A stretch of 64,000 nucleotides of DNA from Bacteroidales bacterium (GTDB lineage Bacteria; Bacteroidota; Bacteroidia; Bacteroidales; Muribaculaceae). The notes below the pieces were generated by a model. That model saw only the letters and a program-made list of their open reading frames with translations, searched no databases and was not told the origin of the DNA. The stretch lies in contig SFFL01000004.1 in assembly GCA_004557825.1 (NCBI GenBank), forward strand, positions 55,808 to 119,807, in the 5' to 3' direction. How positions within the stretch are numbered: the first letter of the stretch is position 1; each line of letters opens with the position of its first letter. The position numbers were made by a program, and so were the translations under genes. This document shows, piece after piece, positions 9,030-18,943 of the stretch.

Positions 9030-12000
9030 ATGAAACATCACTTACTAAGTATGTTTGCTGTGCTGGCACTGACGGCACAGACGGCTGTAGCGGCTGATGT
9101 CCCGGCAACGCGCCTGTTTACCGAGACTTTCAACAGCTACACGGCCGGCAACGAGCTTTACGACGGCAAAACCTGGCTGCAGTATGCTTCAAACACCGCA
9201 GATCCCATCAAGGTGACAGCCAAGAGCCTCGAATATGAGGGCTATTCTACTACAACAGGCAACTGTGTAACCCTGTCGAACACAGCAACCGGTCAGGATC
9301 TTTTCTGCAAAGTCCCCACCGGAAAGGAAGTGAAAACTGGCTCTTTTTATGCATCTTTCCTGTTGAATGTCAGCGAAGCTCCGACAACAAACCAGGCTTA
9401 TTTTATTTGTTTTATCACTCAGACCAAAGCCGGTATAAGCGATAAAAAATCGAGCAGTGAGTTTGCAAAGCTATTTGCCTGTGGCGATGAAGCTGACAAC
9501 ACCAAATATCAGCTTGGAATTACCCGTGCAACCGCTGTTAAAAATGTTGTAAAGGCCGATACAAAGCTTTCTTACGGCACTACCTATCTGGTTGTTCTGA
9601 AATACACATTTGTCGACGGCAATACAAATGATACGGTAGAATTGTTTATCAATCCTACCGTTGGTAGCACTGAACCTGCTGCTTCAGCGAAATATAATAT
9701 TGAAACCGGTAGCGATGCAAGCACCAGTTACGGCTTATTAGGCGTAGAGCTGCGTCAGGGTCAGACAAAATCTAACAACGCTCCCGTGTGCAAGATCGAC
9801 GAGCTGCACATAGCCACCTCCTGGGCCGGCCTCTTCGACGCTGCCTCCACCGGCGGCGGCGACACTGCCAAGCCCACCATCGCATCGGCTCTGGGCACCA
9901 CCAGCACCGGCTTAGACCCGATGATTTCGGGCACTTCTGTTTCGACCCAGATTTACATCACCGCCACCGACCTCAAGAGCGATGTCACCATCACCTGCGG
10001 CGAGGGTATCACTTGCCCCGTAGCCTCTATCTCCAAGGATGAGGCTGGTCTTGACGGTGCTTACAAGGTAGATTTCACCGTCACCCCCACCTTGGAAACG
10101 AGCGGAGCGTGGTCATCGACCGTAACCTTCTCCTCGGAAGGCGCCGAATCTCTGGTGTTCACCATCTCCTGCGACAATGTGCTTGTGCCCACACAGGTCA
10201 CCAGCGCTGCACAGTATCGCAATCTCTACACCCCGGAAGATTACAGCTACTATAAATTTGCAGGCAAGGTAACCGTTACAGCAATTGAGGCTGTGGCCGA
10301 TTCTTATACACCTTATTATAAGGTATATGCCCAGGATGCCACCGGCGGTATATGCCTGAGCACTGAATATATGTTTTTCGACCCCTCTTCGCTTGCTGTG
10401 GGCGATAAGATTACCGATTTCCTTTATATGTATGGTGAGGGCTCAATTGGGTTGATGGGTATGCTGATGCAGACCTCCGAGACCGCTCCCGTCTTCACCA
10501 AGGCCGGCACCGGCACAGTTACCCCGCTGGAGATTAACCCCGCCGACTTCACTGCCGCCGACTATCAGTATCGCCTCGTGAAGCTCGCCGGCGTAAGCTT
10601 CTCCGAAACCGGCAACTTTGAGGCCAAGACCTACACGGTGACTACCCCCGACGGCGCCACCGCCCAGGTTCACCCCTTCGCAGGCAGCGACCTGATTGGC
10701 ACCGCCATTCCCGCCAAGGCCGATGTAGTGGGTATCTCTATGTCGAAGAGCGCATTGGTGGTATGGCCCCGCACCCTGGCCGACGTTACCGCAGGCGCTG
10801 CTTCGGTGAACATCACCAAGCAGGACCTCTACGACTTCAAGAACAATCCCGCTCCCGTGAATGTCAAGACCGCCGTGGCTGAGTTCACTGTCGTTGCTGA
10901 GAACCTCCCCGAGGCTGCTCCCATCGAGATCACCGGTGCCGACGCTGCTATGTTCAGCGTAGAGCCTAAGGCCGTTCCCGCCGGTTCGGCCACCACTAAG
11001 GTCACTCTCTACTATCAGCCCACCGCCACCGGCAAGCACAAAGGCAACGTAATCTTTGACTTCGACGGCATCAACTCTGAGTTCAACACCGCTTACAGCG
11101 TCAACGCTATGGCCTACGACCCCGAGCATCTGCCCACCCTCGCCCTCGATCCCGCAGAGGTTATCCTCACCGCCAAGGTCGGCCAGAAGGCTGAAGCTTC
11201 CGTGAAGCTCACCGTGGCCAACGCTTTCGACTACATCAACGCCGCCCGCACCAACGCTGAGGTTGGCTCGATCATCATCAGCTCGTCGATGTTCCTCCCC
11301 ACAATGGCCGAATCTACCTTCAAGGTAACATTCCAGCCCAAGGAAGAGGGCAATGTAGAGCAGCAGTTTGTATTCACCACCCTCAAGGGCGAACCCGTTA
11401 CCCTCAAGGTGAAGGGCGTCACCGACGGCGGCGCTGAGCCTGAGCAGCCCGAAGGCGGTCAGCTCGTGCTCGACGACAGCAAGCCGCTTCCCTACTACGA
11501 GCAGGACTTCGCCAACGTGGAAAGCAACAAGCCTATGGCTCTCACCGGCTGGTGCAACGTAGCTGAAGAGGGCACCCGCGCATGGTGGGGCTATGTAGGC
11601 GACGACTTCAAGGCCGCCAAGGCTACCGCCTACGACTCGAAGGTGGCTCCCGGCGCCGGCACTCCCTGCCAGATGCTCCTCGTCACCCCCGCTCTCGATT
11701 ACAAGAACACCACCGACAAGCACGTGAAGTTCTCCGTGATGGGCAAGGCCCTTATAGAAGGTATGACCGACAAGCTCGAAATCTGCCTCATCGAGAAGGA
11801 GGGCAACAACACCATTATCTCGCCTATGAACGGTTTCCCCATCCCCGCTATCCCCGACGAGGCTGACCAGTGGGTTCCCATCGATGCCGATATGAGCGCT
11901 ATCCCCAGCATGCCCGACGTATTCTGGATCGGTTTCCGCTTCACCTCCACCCGTGGTCGCGACAACGCCGCCCAGTACTTCATCAAGGACTTCAAGTGGA

Positions 12001-12164
12001 GCAGCAAGGGTTCCGGCATCAGCTCAATCCTTGCCGACGCTAACGGTCTTTACACCGTCTTCAACCTCCAGGGTATTCTCCTGATGAAGGATGCCGACCT
12101 CGACGCCGTGCGCGCCCTCGCTCCCGGCTTCTACATCGTCAACGGCCGCAAAGTGCGACTATGA
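9030..12164 (+). CDS. Large secreted beta-rich multidomain protein with T9SS-type C-terminal domain
   Basis: Signal peptide, Ig/adhesin-like repeats, and a C-terminus VFNLQG...PGFYIVNGRKV. Confidence 0.75.
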   Translation: MKHHLLSMFAVLALTAQTAVAADVPATRLFTETFNSYTAGNELYDGKTWLQYASNTADPIKVTAKSLEYEGYSTTTGNCVTLSNTATGQDLFCKVPTGKEVKTGSFYASFLLNVSEAPTTNQAYFICFITQTKAGISDKKSSSEFAKLFACGDEADNTKYQLGITRATAVKNVVKADTKLSYGTTYLVVLKYTFVDGNTNDTVELFINPTVGSTEPAASAKYNIETGSDASTSYGLLGVELRQGQTKSNNAPVCKIDELHIATSWAGLFDAASTGGGDTAKPTIASALGTTSTGLDPMISGTSVSTQIYITATDLKSDVTITCGEGITCPVASISKDEAGLDGAYKVDFTVTPTLETSGAWSSTVTFSSEGAESLVFTISCDNVLVPTQVTSAAQYRNLYTPEDYSYYKFAGKVTVTAIEAVADSYTPYYKVYAQDATGGICLSTEYMFFDPSSLAVGDKITDFLYMYGEGSIGLMGMLMQTSETAPVFTKAGTGTVTPLEINPADFTAADYQYRLVKLAGVSFSETGNFEAKTYTVTTPDGATAQVHPFAGSDLIGTAIPAKADVVGISMSKSALVVWPRTLADVTAGAASVNITKQDLYDFKNNPAPVNVKTAVAEFTVVAENLPEAAPIEITGADAAMFSVEPKAVPAGSATTKVTLYYQPTATGKHKGNVIFDFDGINSEFNTAYSVNAMAYDPEHLPTLALDPAEVILTAKVGQKAEASVKLTVANAFDYINAARTNAEVGSIIISSSMFLPTMAESTFKVTFQPKEEGNVEQQFVFTTLKGEPVTLKVKGVTDGGAEPEQPEGGQLVLDDSKPLPYYEQDFANVESNKPMALTGWCNVAEEGTRAWWGYVGDDFKAAKATAYDSKVAPGAGTPCQMLLVTPALDYKNTTDKHVKFSVMGKALIEGMTDKLEICLIEKEGNNTIISPMNGFPIPAIPDEADQWVPIDADMSAIPSMPDVFWIGFRFTSTRGRDNAAQYFIKDFKWSSKGSGISSILADANGLYTVFNLQGILLMKDADLDAVRALAPGFYIVNGRKVRL

Positions 12165-12440
12165 TGAAAATTAAAAATTGAAAATTGAAAATTAAGGCCT
12201 CCGGGCCGCCCGGGCTTCCGGCTCCTTTTTGGCCGCCCGGCTTCCCGGCCTTCCCCCCTCAAGCACTGCACCCCCTCCGGTGCAGCGCTTTTTTTGCGCC
12301 CCTACAGGCCTCAGGCGGCCATCCGGGGCGGGCGCGAAGAATCGCGCCCCTACAGTCTCCAGCGCAGCGCCTCCTGTTCTCCTGTTCTCCTGTCGAAGCC
12401 TGCAGACCCAGCCTCCTGTTCTCCTGTCGAAAGCCATTGG
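12165..12440. repeat. Composite intergenic repeat
   Basis: Heptamers 12167-12193, REP 12319-12354 and CTCCTGTT modules. 12260-12300 recurs inverted at 17513-17551. Confidence 0.85.
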
Positions 12441-12443
12441 GCA

Positions 12444-13499
12444 TTAATTGCGGGGGTGATGGAGGAGGATTTGCTCGCGGAGGAGGGTGGGGGTGAGGTG
12501 GAGGTAGATTTCGGTGGTGGCGATGGATTCGTGGCCGAGCATTTGCTGGATGGCGCGGAGGTTGGCGCCCCCTTCGAGGAGGTGGGTGGCGAAGCTGTGG
12601 CGCAGGGTGTGGGGCGAGATGGTTTTGCGGATGTCGGCGGCGGCAGCGAGTCGGCGAATGATGGTGAAGATCATCTGGCGTGTGAGGCGTGCGCCGCGGC
12701 GGTTGAGGAAGAGGATGTTTTGGTCGCCGCGGGCCACGGCGGGGCATCCGGGGGTGCTGACGGCGGCGTTGGTGAAGCGCGAGCGTACCTCGGTGAGGTA
12801 TTCCTGTATGCGGGTGATGGAGACGCCCGACATGGGCACGATGCGCTGTTTGGCACCCTTGCCGTCGACGATGAGGTATTCGCGGTCGAAGTAGACCTTG
12901 GATATTTCGAGGTTGACGAGTTCGCTCACGCGGAGGCCGCAGCCGTAAAGCGTTTCGATGATGGCGCGGTTGCGGATGCCCTCGGGGGTGGAGACGTCGA
13001 TGGCGGCGATTATGGCGTCGATTTCGTCGACGGTGAGTACTTCGGGGAGGTGCTTGCCGGTGCGGGGAATCTGGAGGAGGGTGGTGGGGTCGGTGGGGAT
13101 GTAGCCTTCGATTTTGAGGTAGTGGAAGAACTGACGGATGCTGCTGACGAGGCGCGCCTGTGAGCGGGGGGCTATGCCGAGGTCGTGCACGGCGGCCATA
13201 AACTCCTGCAGCCGCGCGTAGTCCACCTCCTCCAGCCGCAGAGGCTTCGACATAAGCACAGGAGCACAGGCGGCTGGGTCTGCCGGCTTCGACAGGAGCA
13301 CGGGGGCACAGGAGGCTGTAGGGGCGCGATTTTTCGCGCCCGCCCCTGGATGGCCGGTAGGGTTGGGGTTAAGCCAGGCGAGCAGCTTGTCGATGTCGAG
13401 GAGGTATGCCTCGCGGGTGTTTTTCGAGAGGCCGCGCTGCAGAGTGAGGTAGCCGGCAAAGAGGCGTTTGATTTTTTCGGTATCGGCGGTGTCGCGCAT
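12444..13499 (-). CDS. xerD: Site-specific tyrosine recombinase XerD with an in-frame repeat insertion
   Basis: Motifs RGLSKNT, LYGCGLRVSEL, GKGAKQR, SPHTLRHSFATHLLEGGA and LGHESIATTEIY. Start at MRDTAD. Confidence 0.88.
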   Translation of the reverse strand: MRDTADTEKIKRLFAGYLTLQRGLSKNTREAYLLDIDKLLAWLNPNPTGHPGAGAKNRAPTASCAPVLLSKPADPAACAPVLMSKPLRLEEVDYARLQEFMAAVHDLGIAPRSQARLVSSIRQFFHYLKIEGYIPTDPTTLLQIPRTGKHLPEVLTVDEIDAIIAAIDVSTPEGIRNRAIIETLYGCGLRVSELVNLEISKVYFDREYLIVDGKGAKQRIVPMSGVSITRIQEYLTEVRSRFTNAAVSTPGCPAVARGDQNILFLNRRGARLTRQMIFTIIRRLAAAADIRKTISPHTLRHSFATHLLEGGANLRAIQQMLGHESIATTEIYLHLTPTLLREQILLHHPRN

Positions 13500-13555
13500 T
13501 TCGAAAAATTTAAAATTGAAAATTTTCAATTATCAATTTTTAATTTCCGCAGGAA

Positions 13556-14200
13556 TCAGAGGATGGTGGGGTAGTTTTGGCGGGGAAGGCCGGGGATGGC
13601 GACGAAGATGGCGGTGTAGGGGTCGGTGAAGGTCATACCGAAGTCGACCACGTTGGTGACTTCTTCGAAGATTTGGCGGATGAGGGGGCGGTTGTAGTTG
13701 CGGAAGATGATGACGCGGCCGGGGCCTTGGTAGATGGCGTTGAGGAGGAATACGCGGATACTGGTGGCGTTGATGGCGATGGCGTCGTTGATGATGTCGA
13801 CGGCGGGACGGGTGGCCTGCACCACGTCGAAGTGTTCGCGCGACCAGCGCCAGATTTTGGCTTTGGGGAGGGCGCGTTCGTAGATGGTGAGGAGCACTTC
13901 ACGGCCGGCGCCTACTTCGATGATGTGGTCGGGGCGGAAGTGTGTGAGCACGCGGAAGATGAGGTGTGCTTGTTCGCGGTCGATGATCACGTTGGCGATA
14001 TGGGTGCTTTCCTTGGTCATTTTCCGGCGGTTGCTGCCGCACATCGAGTCGATTTCGGGGTAGGCGTAGTAGGAGGATTTGCGGTCGCCGATGACTTTGG
14101 TGATGAAGTCGTAGGCGAAGGGGGAGTGCACGCCGAACCCGCGGCTGGTGCGGTAGCGGCGCGGCCAGGAGAGGATTTGCTTGATGTAGGCGAGGTTCAT
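13556..14200 (-). CDS. Conserved Bacteroidetes protein, degenerate SAM-methyltransferase-like
   Basis: RGFGVHSPFAY motif and IIEVGAG. Start at MNLAY. Confidence 0.6.
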   Translation of the reverse strand: MNLAYIKQILSWPRRYRTSRGFGVHSPFAYDFITKVIGDRKSSYYAYPEIDSMCGSNRRKMTKESTHIANVIIDREQAHLIFRVLTHFRPDHIIEVGAGREVLLTIYERALPKAKIWRWSREHFDVVQATRPAVDIINDAIAINATSIRVFLLNAIYQGPGRVIIFRNYNRPLIRQIFEEVTNVVDFGMTFTDPYTAIFVAIPGLPRQNYPTIL

Positions 14201-14213
14201 ATTCAATGCGGAA

Positions 14214-16823
14214 TTAGCTAAGGCCGGGGCGGGAGCCGGGGTGGCTGCCAGAGCCGGAGCCGGGGCGGCCACCGGGGAGGAGGAGGACGGCGAGGAGGGC
14301 GGCGAGGAGGAGGATGTAGATGGCGATGACGGCGGTACGGGCGACGGTGACGGTGGCGCTGACGGAGCGGGGAGCGAAGCGCATAGTGATGGTGTGGTCG
14401 CCGGCGGGGATGGCGATGGCGCGGAGGAGGTAGTTCACGCGGTGGATGTCGGCGGGGCGTCCGTCGATTTCAGCCTCCCAGCCCCAGGGGAAGTAGACTT
14501 CGGAGAAGACGGCCACGCCTCCGCGGGCGGTGTGTGCGCGGTATGTCAAGGCGTGGGGAGCGTAGGTGGTTTCGTAGATGGTGTCGCCGGGTGCGGCGGG
14601 GCGTGCACTTTCGGCCAGGGCGGCGAAGCGACGGTCGGCCACGGCAGAGATGGCGGGGTTGATGGTGTCGAGGGCCGCCATTTCGGCGTCGGGACCGTCG
14701 GCGATGACCACGCGGTCAACAAACCAGGCGTTGCCCAGCGCTCCGGGGTTGACCATCAGTGAGTCGGCGCTGTCGATGAGGTAGCGGGCGTTGAGCATGT
14801 TGAGCACGTTCATATCGGCCTCTGTGACTTGGCCGGAGGTGAAGTGCGAGAGGTGCCGGTCGATGAGGTCCTGATAGCGTGTGAGCTTCGCGGCGTGGTA
14901 TCCGCCGATCATCTTGTGGTGATATGAAGGCGCGGCCTGGGCGAAACGGGGGATGTCCATCACACGGTAGTTTATGGCAGTGTCGGCGAGGATTGCGCGG
15001 TCGTTGGCCGAGAGGGGGAACGGGTCGGTGAGGGAAATCTCGGGGGTGCAGAAGGAGCTGTGGCTGAGGTAGCGCTTGTCGACGGTGTAGAGGTCGAGCA
15101 GCACGAGCAGCCCCACGGCGGCCACGGCGTAGACCTTCTTGAACTGCATATTCAGGGCGGCCCAGAGCGCCAGGGCGGCGGCCGCTACGAAGAGCAGCGA
15201 GCGGAGCGAGTCGGAGGCCACCATATCGAGGCGCATCTCGCTCACAAACTGCGCGATGGCGGGGGCGTTGATGGAGAGTTGCGAGATCATATCCTGCGGA
15301 TAGCCGGCATATTGCAGCTGCAGAGCCAGCATATCGGAAATCTGCTGGTCGGCCTCGGTGATGGCGGGGCCGAAGATGCCGGGGGCTATCCAGCCGATTA
15401 GGCAGACGGCGCCGGTGATGCCGAAGCTGATGAGGAGCGCCCGGGTGTAGCGCGACTTATCCTCGGCGGGTGCCGAGAGGAGCTGCCGGAGCGCCAGCAC
15501 GGCCAGCACCGGCATGGTGAACTCGGCTATGACGAGGATGCTCTCCACGGTGCGGAATTTGGAGTACATCGGCACATAGTCGATGAACAAGTCGGTGAAC
15601 CACTGCATATTGCGCCCAAGGGCGAGGAACACCGACAGCAGCGTGAGCGCCAGGAGCACCCACTTGGCCGGGCCTTTCACTATGAGGCAGCCCAGCACGA
15701 AGAGCGCGAAAATCACAGCGCCCACGTAGACCGGACCGTTGGTGCCCTCCGGTTCGCCGAAATACTGGCCGGCGTAATTGGCCACATATTGCAGCTGCAT
15801 CTCGCTGAGTCCGGCGGCCTTCTCCTCGGCGCCGGGGATTTCGAGCACCGATGTGGGCACGAGATGCCCCTGCTCGGGGCGGGCCGAGGCGCCACCCTTG
15901 ATGTCGGGGATGAGGAGAGAGAGCGATTCGGCGCGGCCGTAGCTGTACTGTGTTATGTAGTCGCGGTCGAGACCCGATGTGCGGGAGGCTTCGGCGCCGG
16001 GCACGGTAAGCTCGGTGTGGCCGCCGCGCATCGACTCCTTTGAGTATTTCCAGGTGTTGTAGAGCGAGGGAAGGTTGGCGCAGACTGCCAGACAGGCGGC
16101 CAGGGCCAGGGCGCCTGTGGCGATGCCGAAGCTGCGGAGCTGCTTGCGGCGGATTGCGTCGATGAGGTAGCAGAGCACCACGCCGATGATGACCATCAGG
16201 AAGTAGTAGGTCATCTGCACGTGGTTGCTGTGGATCTGCAGCATGGCGAAGAGGGCTGCCAGAGCGGCGCCTGAGAGCCAGCGGCCACGGTAGGCAAGGA
16301 TGATGCCGCCGATTGTGGGGGGTATGTAGGCCAGGGTGACGAATTTCCAGATGTGCCCGGCGCCGATGATGATCACAAAATATGAGGAGAAACCCCAGGC
16401 CACGGCGCCGATCAGGGCGTAGTACCAGCGGAGCTTCATACAGGTGAGCATTATGAGCATACCCGCCATCATCATAAAGAGCAGGTTGGCGGGGGAGGGG
16501 AGCCCGGCGCCGTAGAGGGTGTTGAGCCAGGAGAACAGCGCGTCGGAGGGGTAGCTGGGGGAGATCTGGAAGGTGGGCATACCCGAGAAGAGGGAGTTGG
16601 TCCAGCGGGGCTCCTCGCCGCCGTTGGCCTCGGCCCAGGCCTGCGCCTCATGGCCGATAGCGGCGCCCTGCTGCATATCGTGCTGACGCAGCTCGTTGCC
16701 CTCCATTGCATCGGGGTGGAAGAAAGCCATACTCAGGATGGCGATAACGCCCAGCGAGGCGATGAAGCCCCACAGCTCGCGGCTGCGGATATATCGGAGG
16801 ATATTTTCTTTGAAAGTGCTCAT
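14214..16823 (-). CDS. YfhO-family multi-TM membrane protein (GT-C-like)
   Basis: Motifs WTNSLFSGMP, HVQMTYY, GGYHAAKL and VFSEVYFPWGW, with many TM helices. Confidence 0.88.
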   Translation of the reverse strand: MSTFKENILRYIRSRELWGFIASLGVIAILSMAFFHPDAMEGNELRQHDMQQGAAIGHEAQAWAEANGGEEPRWTNSLFSGMPTFQISPSYPSDALFSWLNTLYGAGLPSPANLLFMMMAGMLIMLTCMKLRWYYALIGAVAWGFSSYFVIIIGAGHIWKFVTLAYIPPTIGGIILAYRGRWLSGAALAALFAMLQIHSNHVQMTYYFLMVIIGVVLCYLIDAIRRKQLRSFGIATGALALAACLAVCANLPSLYNTWKYSKESMRGGHTELTVPGAEASRTSGLDRDYITQYSYGRAESLSLLIPDIKGGASARPEQGHLVPTSVLEIPGAEEKAAGLSEMQLQYVANYAGQYFGEPEGTNGPVYVGAVIFALFVLGCLIVKGPAKWVLLALTLLSVFLALGRNMQWFTDLFIDYVPMYSKFRTVESILVIAEFTMPVLAVLALRQLLSAPAEDKSRYTRALLISFGITGAVCLIGWIAPGIFGPAITEADQQISDMLALQLQYAGYPQDMISQLSINAPAIAQFVSEMRLDMVASDSLRSLLFVAAAALALWAALNMQFKKVYAVAAVGLLVLLDLYTVDKRYLSHSSFCTPEISLTDPFPLSANDRAILADTAINYRVMDIPRFAQAAPSYHHKMIGGYHAAKLTRYQDLIDRHLSHFTSGQVTEADMNVLNMLNARYLIDSADSLMVNPGALGNAWFVDRVVIADGPDAEMAALDTINPAISAVADRRFAALAESARPAAPGDTIYETTYAPHALTYRAHTARGGVAVFSEVYFPWGWEAEIDGRPADIHRVNYLLRAIAIPAGDHTITMRFAPRSVSATVTVARTAVIAIYILLLAALLAVLLLPGGRPGSGSGSHPGSRPGLS

Positions 16824-16880
16824 AGTGAAAAGTATGTGCGAAAAACAGCGGAAAAAGCGCCCGGAGAGCGCAATTATGTG

Positions 16881-16951
16881 CAAAGTTAGCATTTATTTTT
16901 CACGTTGTGGGCGGTTTAGCAAGAAAATCGGCCGCAAAAGTGTTATATTTG
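16881..16951. promoter_or_regulatory. Divergent -7 elements (YfhO gene / beta-barrel remnant)
   Basis: TAACTTTG minus at 16881-16888 and TATATTTG plus at 16944-16951. Confidence 0.55.
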
Positions 16952-17032
16952 CAAAGGGGGAGAGCTAATTTAGCTGAGGCAGCTGATGTAGCTGCCGCCC
17001 CCCCCCGGAATGTATTTCGCTAATTATGAATT

Positions 17033-17276
17033 ATGAGAGCTAATAAGAAAATCAAGGTTTTGGCCGGAGGGATAGCCCTGCTGGCTGAGCAATAATGCCA
17101 ACTTCTACCTGCGCCCGTCGGTGGGCGTGCGCGTGCCCATCAACAGTCAGAAACCGGCGCAGGCCGTCAGCTTCGGGCTCACCTACCTGCTCATCACCTC
17201 GGGCAACAACTACTGGTACACCTCCAACACCCCCACGCTCTCGGCCCTCGGCGCCTCCGTCGCCTTCGAATGGTAA
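17033..17276 (+). pseudogene. Internally deleted outer-membrane beta-barrel gene remnant
   Basis: ATG 17033 gives MRANKKIKVLAGGIALLAEQ* (signal-like). A different frame from about 17085 gives ...FYLRPSVGVRVP...VSFGLTY...LSALGASVAFEW*. Confidence 0.7.
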
Positions 17277-17555
17277 GCGCAGAGCGGAGTGCTTAGAGCT
17301 TAGATCGCAGTGCTTAGATAGTAGATTTTAGTGCTAAGTGCTTAGATGGTAGATATTTTTAGTGGGCGGCCATCCGGGGCGAGGCTGATACAGCCCCCTA
17401 CAGGTCTCTCCGCGCAGCCTCTCCTGTTCTCCGGCCTTCCGAAGCGAAAGGCAGCACCGCGAAGCGCCTCCTGTGCTCCTGTGCTCCTGTCTTTTGGAGC
17501 CATCAGGATGCTGGCGCAAAAAAAGCGCCACACCGGAGGTGCAGCGCTTGATAGG
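17277..17555. repeat. Composite intergenic repeat
   Basis: Heptamers 17281-17365 and variant REP 17370-17402. 17411-17494 recurs inverted at 26222-26296. Confidence 0.85.
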
Positions 17556-17580
17556 GTTAAATTGAAATCCTGCGGGAGGA

Positions 17581-18696
17581 TTAGAGGATGACTTTGGTGG
17601 CTTTGTTGCCCTGAACGCGGATGTAGAGACCGGTTTCGGGGTTGGCTACGCGCTGGCCCTGGAGGTTGAAGTAAACCACGGGAGCGTTGGCGTTAGCGTC
17701 GGCTTCAACAGCTTCAACACCAGCACCTTCCGACTTGAAGAGCTGTACAAGAGGGTTCTCTGCTTTGTCGGTGGTCATAATTTCGAAATCGCTGTTGTAT
17801 GCTTTGTAGGAAACAAAGGCACCTTCGCGGCCGGCGTTCTCAATCTTGGCGTTGCCGTCGGCGTCGATGGTGATAGTCCAGTAGCAGTTGGAGTTGGTAG
17901 CGTCGGCTGCTTCATAGTAGTTGAAACCGCCGAAGTGGGTGGCGTCCATACCGAGGAATTTGCCGTGAATGTCTTTCATTGTGTAGCCTTTAGCTTCCTG
18001 CTTGAAGGTGATCACGTAGTCACTGCTTGCGGTAACTTCGTTGTTGGCAGCCTTAGCATTCTTATCTATGAAGAGGTAGCCGAAAGTCTTGTCGCCGGTG
18101 TAGTTCTTGGCAACACCTTCGGGAGTAACGATTACATAATCGCCGTCAGCCATAGTGGTGGCGAGTTTAGCCTTGATGGTGGTGGCAGGCTGATCAGGGG
18201 TGACGGGGGTGTCGGGAACGGAGGGAGTGGTTGTTTCGTCAGAAACAACGATTTTCTTGATGCGAACCTGCTGAGCAGCTGCAGTGCCGGTGAAGGTCTT
18301 CGATCCGCTTTCGTTGTTCAGAGTGTAGACGGTAGTGTTGAGGGTACCTGTCCAACCTTCGCTGAGGGTGAGTTCTGCATAGTAGGTATTGCTACCGTTT
18401 GTATAATCATCGTAGGTGATAACGATGCTCTTCATATCTACCTTTGAAGAGGTGATGGTGAAGGAAGAGCTTTTGTATACGCGCCATGCGTATGTGTTGT
18501 CAGAGGGTGACTTAAGATCGGAAGTGGAATTTGCTTTGTCGTAAGAAATCTTGAAGCCGTTGGCATCCTCGGTGTTGGTCCAGCCGTTTTTGTCGCCTGT
18601 CCATGTGCCGGGGTTTTCGATATCAAACACAGTGTAGGAAGCAGCAGAAGCGGTGAAGCCAGCTAAAACTGCGAGTGAAAGTAAAATTTTTTTCAT
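17581..18696 (-). CDS. Secreted protein with T9SS-type C-terminal domain
   Basis: Signal peptide MKKILLSLAVLAG, and a C-terminus VYFNLQGQRVANPETGLYIRVQGNKATKV. Confidence 0.8.
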   Translation of the reverse strand: MKKILLSLAVLAGFTASAASYTVFDIENPGTWTGDKNGWTNTEDANGFKISYDKANSTSDLKSPSDNTYAWRVYKSSSFTITSSKVDMKSIVITYDDYTNGSNTYYAELTLSEGWTGTLNTTVYTLNNESGSKTFTGTAAAQQVRIKKIVVSDETTTPSVPDTPVTPDQPATTIKAKLATTMADGDYVIVTPEGVAKNYTGDKTFGYLFIDKNAKAANNEVTASSDYVITFKQEAKGYTMKDIHGKFLGMDATHFGGFNYYEAADATNSNCYWTITIDADGNAKIENAGREGAFVSYKAYNSDFEIMTTDKAENPLVQLFKSEGAGVEAVEADANANAPVVYFNLQGQRVANPETGLYIRVQGNKATKVIL

Positions 18697-18943
18697 ATAG
18701 ATATAATTTAAAAGATGATTTGAAAGTTGTCGGGATACAGTTTCGTGGCGTAAAATTACTGCTTTTTTACGGGATAGTGAGCATTTTAAAGTGTGTTTTT
18801 AAACACATATTCGGTTAAAAAATTGTTAAGTGGAGTTTTCTGCCAAAATTGTGGCATTTAAGACTAAAAATGCTCTCAAAAATTAGGCGGGAATTAACTA
18901 ATTTTGCACCGTAATTGTTAATCAAATATAGTTAATCTTGTTT

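Noticed and set aside
12185..12496. Small ORFs over intergenic repeats (also 1446-1664, 17346-17591, 28593-28808 and 56907-57132)
   Set aside because: They are chance open frames in GC-rich repeats, with mostly non-ATG starts and no coding evidence.
12444..13499. Tyrosine recombinase as the integrase of an island or mobiliser of the repeats
   Set aside because: The motifs are XerD-type, the context is housekeeping, and I saw no att sites or cargo.
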